The notes under the pieces are model-generated. The model had not been told where the DNA came from, ran no database searches, and saw only the letters and a program-made list of their open reading frames with translations. A DNA stretch of 63,667 nucleotides, filler included, from Choristocarpus tenellus KU-1152 (lineage: Eukaryota; Protista; Phaeophyceae): the NCBI GenBank assembly GCA_964200185.2. It is 12 parts of 12 records of this genome, joined end to end, with 100 filler letters (N's around TTAATTAATTAA, not from the genome) between each part and the next. Parts side by side here need not be neighbours in the genome. Positions count along the whole stretch, not along the records: positions 59,901 to 63,667 come from CAXNAD020018045.1; 11 more parts are not named here. One strand, given 5' to 3'. Positions 61,641 to 63,667 of this stretch are shown here, in pieces. Within the stretch, counting starts at the first letter, position 1, and every line of letters begins with the position of its first letter. The position numbers and the translations under genes were made by a program.

Positions 61641-63667
61641 TATCTAGTCCGTTTTAGATTTCTTCCACGAACGGGCGGCACTGGTCTTGGGTAGTCTCTT
61701 TAGTCCCCGTCTCCTGAGTGGGATGGAAAGGAGGTCACGATGTAAATTGGGTGGGTCTGTTTCCTTTGACACTAGTGATCGATCCTCATCATGCGAAAAA
61801 CCTCAGTAGTAATATATTGCATCTTTCTTCGGGGAAAGAGGTGCTCGGATTTATTTACTAGCTGAGTGAGCACAGCCCTTGGTGGTGGGGTGCTCTTGCT
61901 TATATTAGTATCTGTTGTGCACGTCATCAGACACGTCAGAATGTGTCTGTGTCAGTCACACTACGTCAGCCACATATATTGAACAGAATAAGAAAATCAA
62001 TCCACCATCAATATTCAAACCTGCGACTCGAAGGACACCAAATCAAAATCTTGACCCGTACTCTACTCAGTCAATAATGACTAAGGCAGTACTTCTGTTG
62101 AATTATACTGTTCAATAAATATATAACTTCCTATATACTGCGTAGCCTATATTGCACACCTTGAGTATACTATCTTGAAAAAGTGTGCGTCGCATAATTA
62201 TGCGATCAATCGCGAGCCGCAGCATACAAAAGGTTACCAAAAAAAGGATGAAGCATGTGTTGGACGAGGTGCCCGGGGGTAGTTTGTCCAACGGTACGAA
62301 GTGTGTTTTGGTGCGAATTTCTGTTGGGAAACAGTTGACATGTGCAGGGTGGGTGTCACTCCTGAGATCGTGTTCTCGCGTATGTTACACAATTGACTTG
62401 TTCTGACAAACGGTAAACTAATATGCACCATGGATAATTTTGTTGAATCAATATTATTCAATGTTACATGTGATGTGGTGGGACAACACATAGCCCCGTA
62501 TGCGCACACCATCATATGTGCCCCTCGGTCTATGGGGGGGCACGAGATAGCGATTGAGTTTTGTGGTGAGTCCGGGACTATGGTTTGGGGGTGTGTGGCT
62601 CGAAAGAGTTGGTATGTCAACCGCAGCGACTTTCGCCACACTGTTGTGGAACAACGTTCGGCGAGAATGACACGATTTGTGTGACTTGAAGTAGGTTTGT
62701 ATGTGTACAGTGGCAATATTTGCTGTGCTTTGACAAACGGTAGAGTATGACAAAATGTGACTTGAGGCGAGCAGATGAAGGAAGGGGAAAGCATGAATCG
62801 AAATTATTTCATCAACATGTAAGAGTGCGAGAGAGTGTCAGAGTAAGAGCATAGGGTTAGCATCGGGACAGGTGCTATGGTTGGGATCGGAAACGGAAAC
62901 CGTAAGGAACATCGTTCGATTCCGATATATATCGAAACGCGGATATCAGAGGAAAAGAGCTTCGTCGATAGGTTTCGTTCTGCTCTTTATGGGAGGAGGT
63001 GTGCTTCACCGGCTCTCGGAACTATGGTCCAAGTATTGAATATTATGTCTCTCGGATTCCGATCCAATTCTGTAATTTCGGAAGGGGTATAGTGACCATA
63101 TGGTTCGTTAAGCCTATTCTTCAAGCGCTAATTCCCCGTTGAGGCAATTACAGAACGCACAGGCCACATTTGAGTGTATTGCTGCGACCAGACGTGGTCT
63201 TGCCTTTGGTATGTCCTGGTGTCTACCCCTTCGAAGTCCACGAATTCAATCCCGTTCTTAGAGAGATCCCGTAGTGGCTGGCGGGTCATCATCGTACATC
63301 TGCGGTGCGAGGGATGTGTGGTCCCCTTGGACAACCGCAACGACAAATTCCTCAATAATTGTCCAGACCCGTTGCTTTGTTGTGGAGAGAGTGAGGGAGT
63401 GTGGGGTCTCTATGGCATATGTAACTTGGCGAAAGTTTTTCTTTGTTGTGCTATGTAATATAAACAGTAGGCGAAGTGTGAATATACGTTTTTGTTCCAA
63501 TGTAAGAGTAAAGAACCGCAAATCTATGCAGAAGAAGATGCCTACTCCAAGTTTTTTGACTCTTTCACTCCAATGAAGGATTAGCGCGTAAAGAGTTATA
63601 TATGTACATACCTCTAATACATATATATGTCAGGGACAGGTTCCTTTTGGGGATCGCCGACACACAC

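Noticed and set aside
62234-63576. 186-aa minus-strand ORF and nearby short ORFs
   Set aside because: No recognisable domain or convincing splice structure; cannot be supported without a search.

Overview
Eukaryotic draft-assembly window, not a contiguous locus. It holds 12 contigs joined by artificial 100-nt N/TTAATTAATTAA linkers. Long introns, a bipartite plastid-targeting peptide, GLDH and CCCTAA motifs suggest a photosynthetic stramenopile, probably a brown alga or close relative (inference). Spliced host genes reconstructed by hand: partial SF3B1 (7 exons), a complete 8-exon NSDHL/ERG26-like 3-beta-hydroxysteroid dehydrogenase, a head-to-head plastid-targeted GRXS16/NFU1-type GIY-YIG protein, the 3' end of GLDH, a myristoylated CML21-like EF-hand protein, a PhoD-N-like protein and several orphans. 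There are also two identical tRNA-Pro(AGG) genes. Mobile DNA includes three MITE families (two Sola2-like with 4-bp TSDs), a spliced Sola2-like transposase remnant, CRE-like RLE and RTE non-LTR fragments, and a gag-only LTR element with a nested solo LTR. The most unusual observations are: (1) an LTR followed by a 59-nt reverse-transcribed copy of mature tRNA-Ser(GCT), CCA included, joined to a second LTR; (2) frequent AG|GCAAG donors (3 of 7 in SF3B1) and AAG acceptors; (3) CpG-island-like bidirectional promoters in CpG-depleted genes; (4) telomeric-repeat insertions inside MITE termini.
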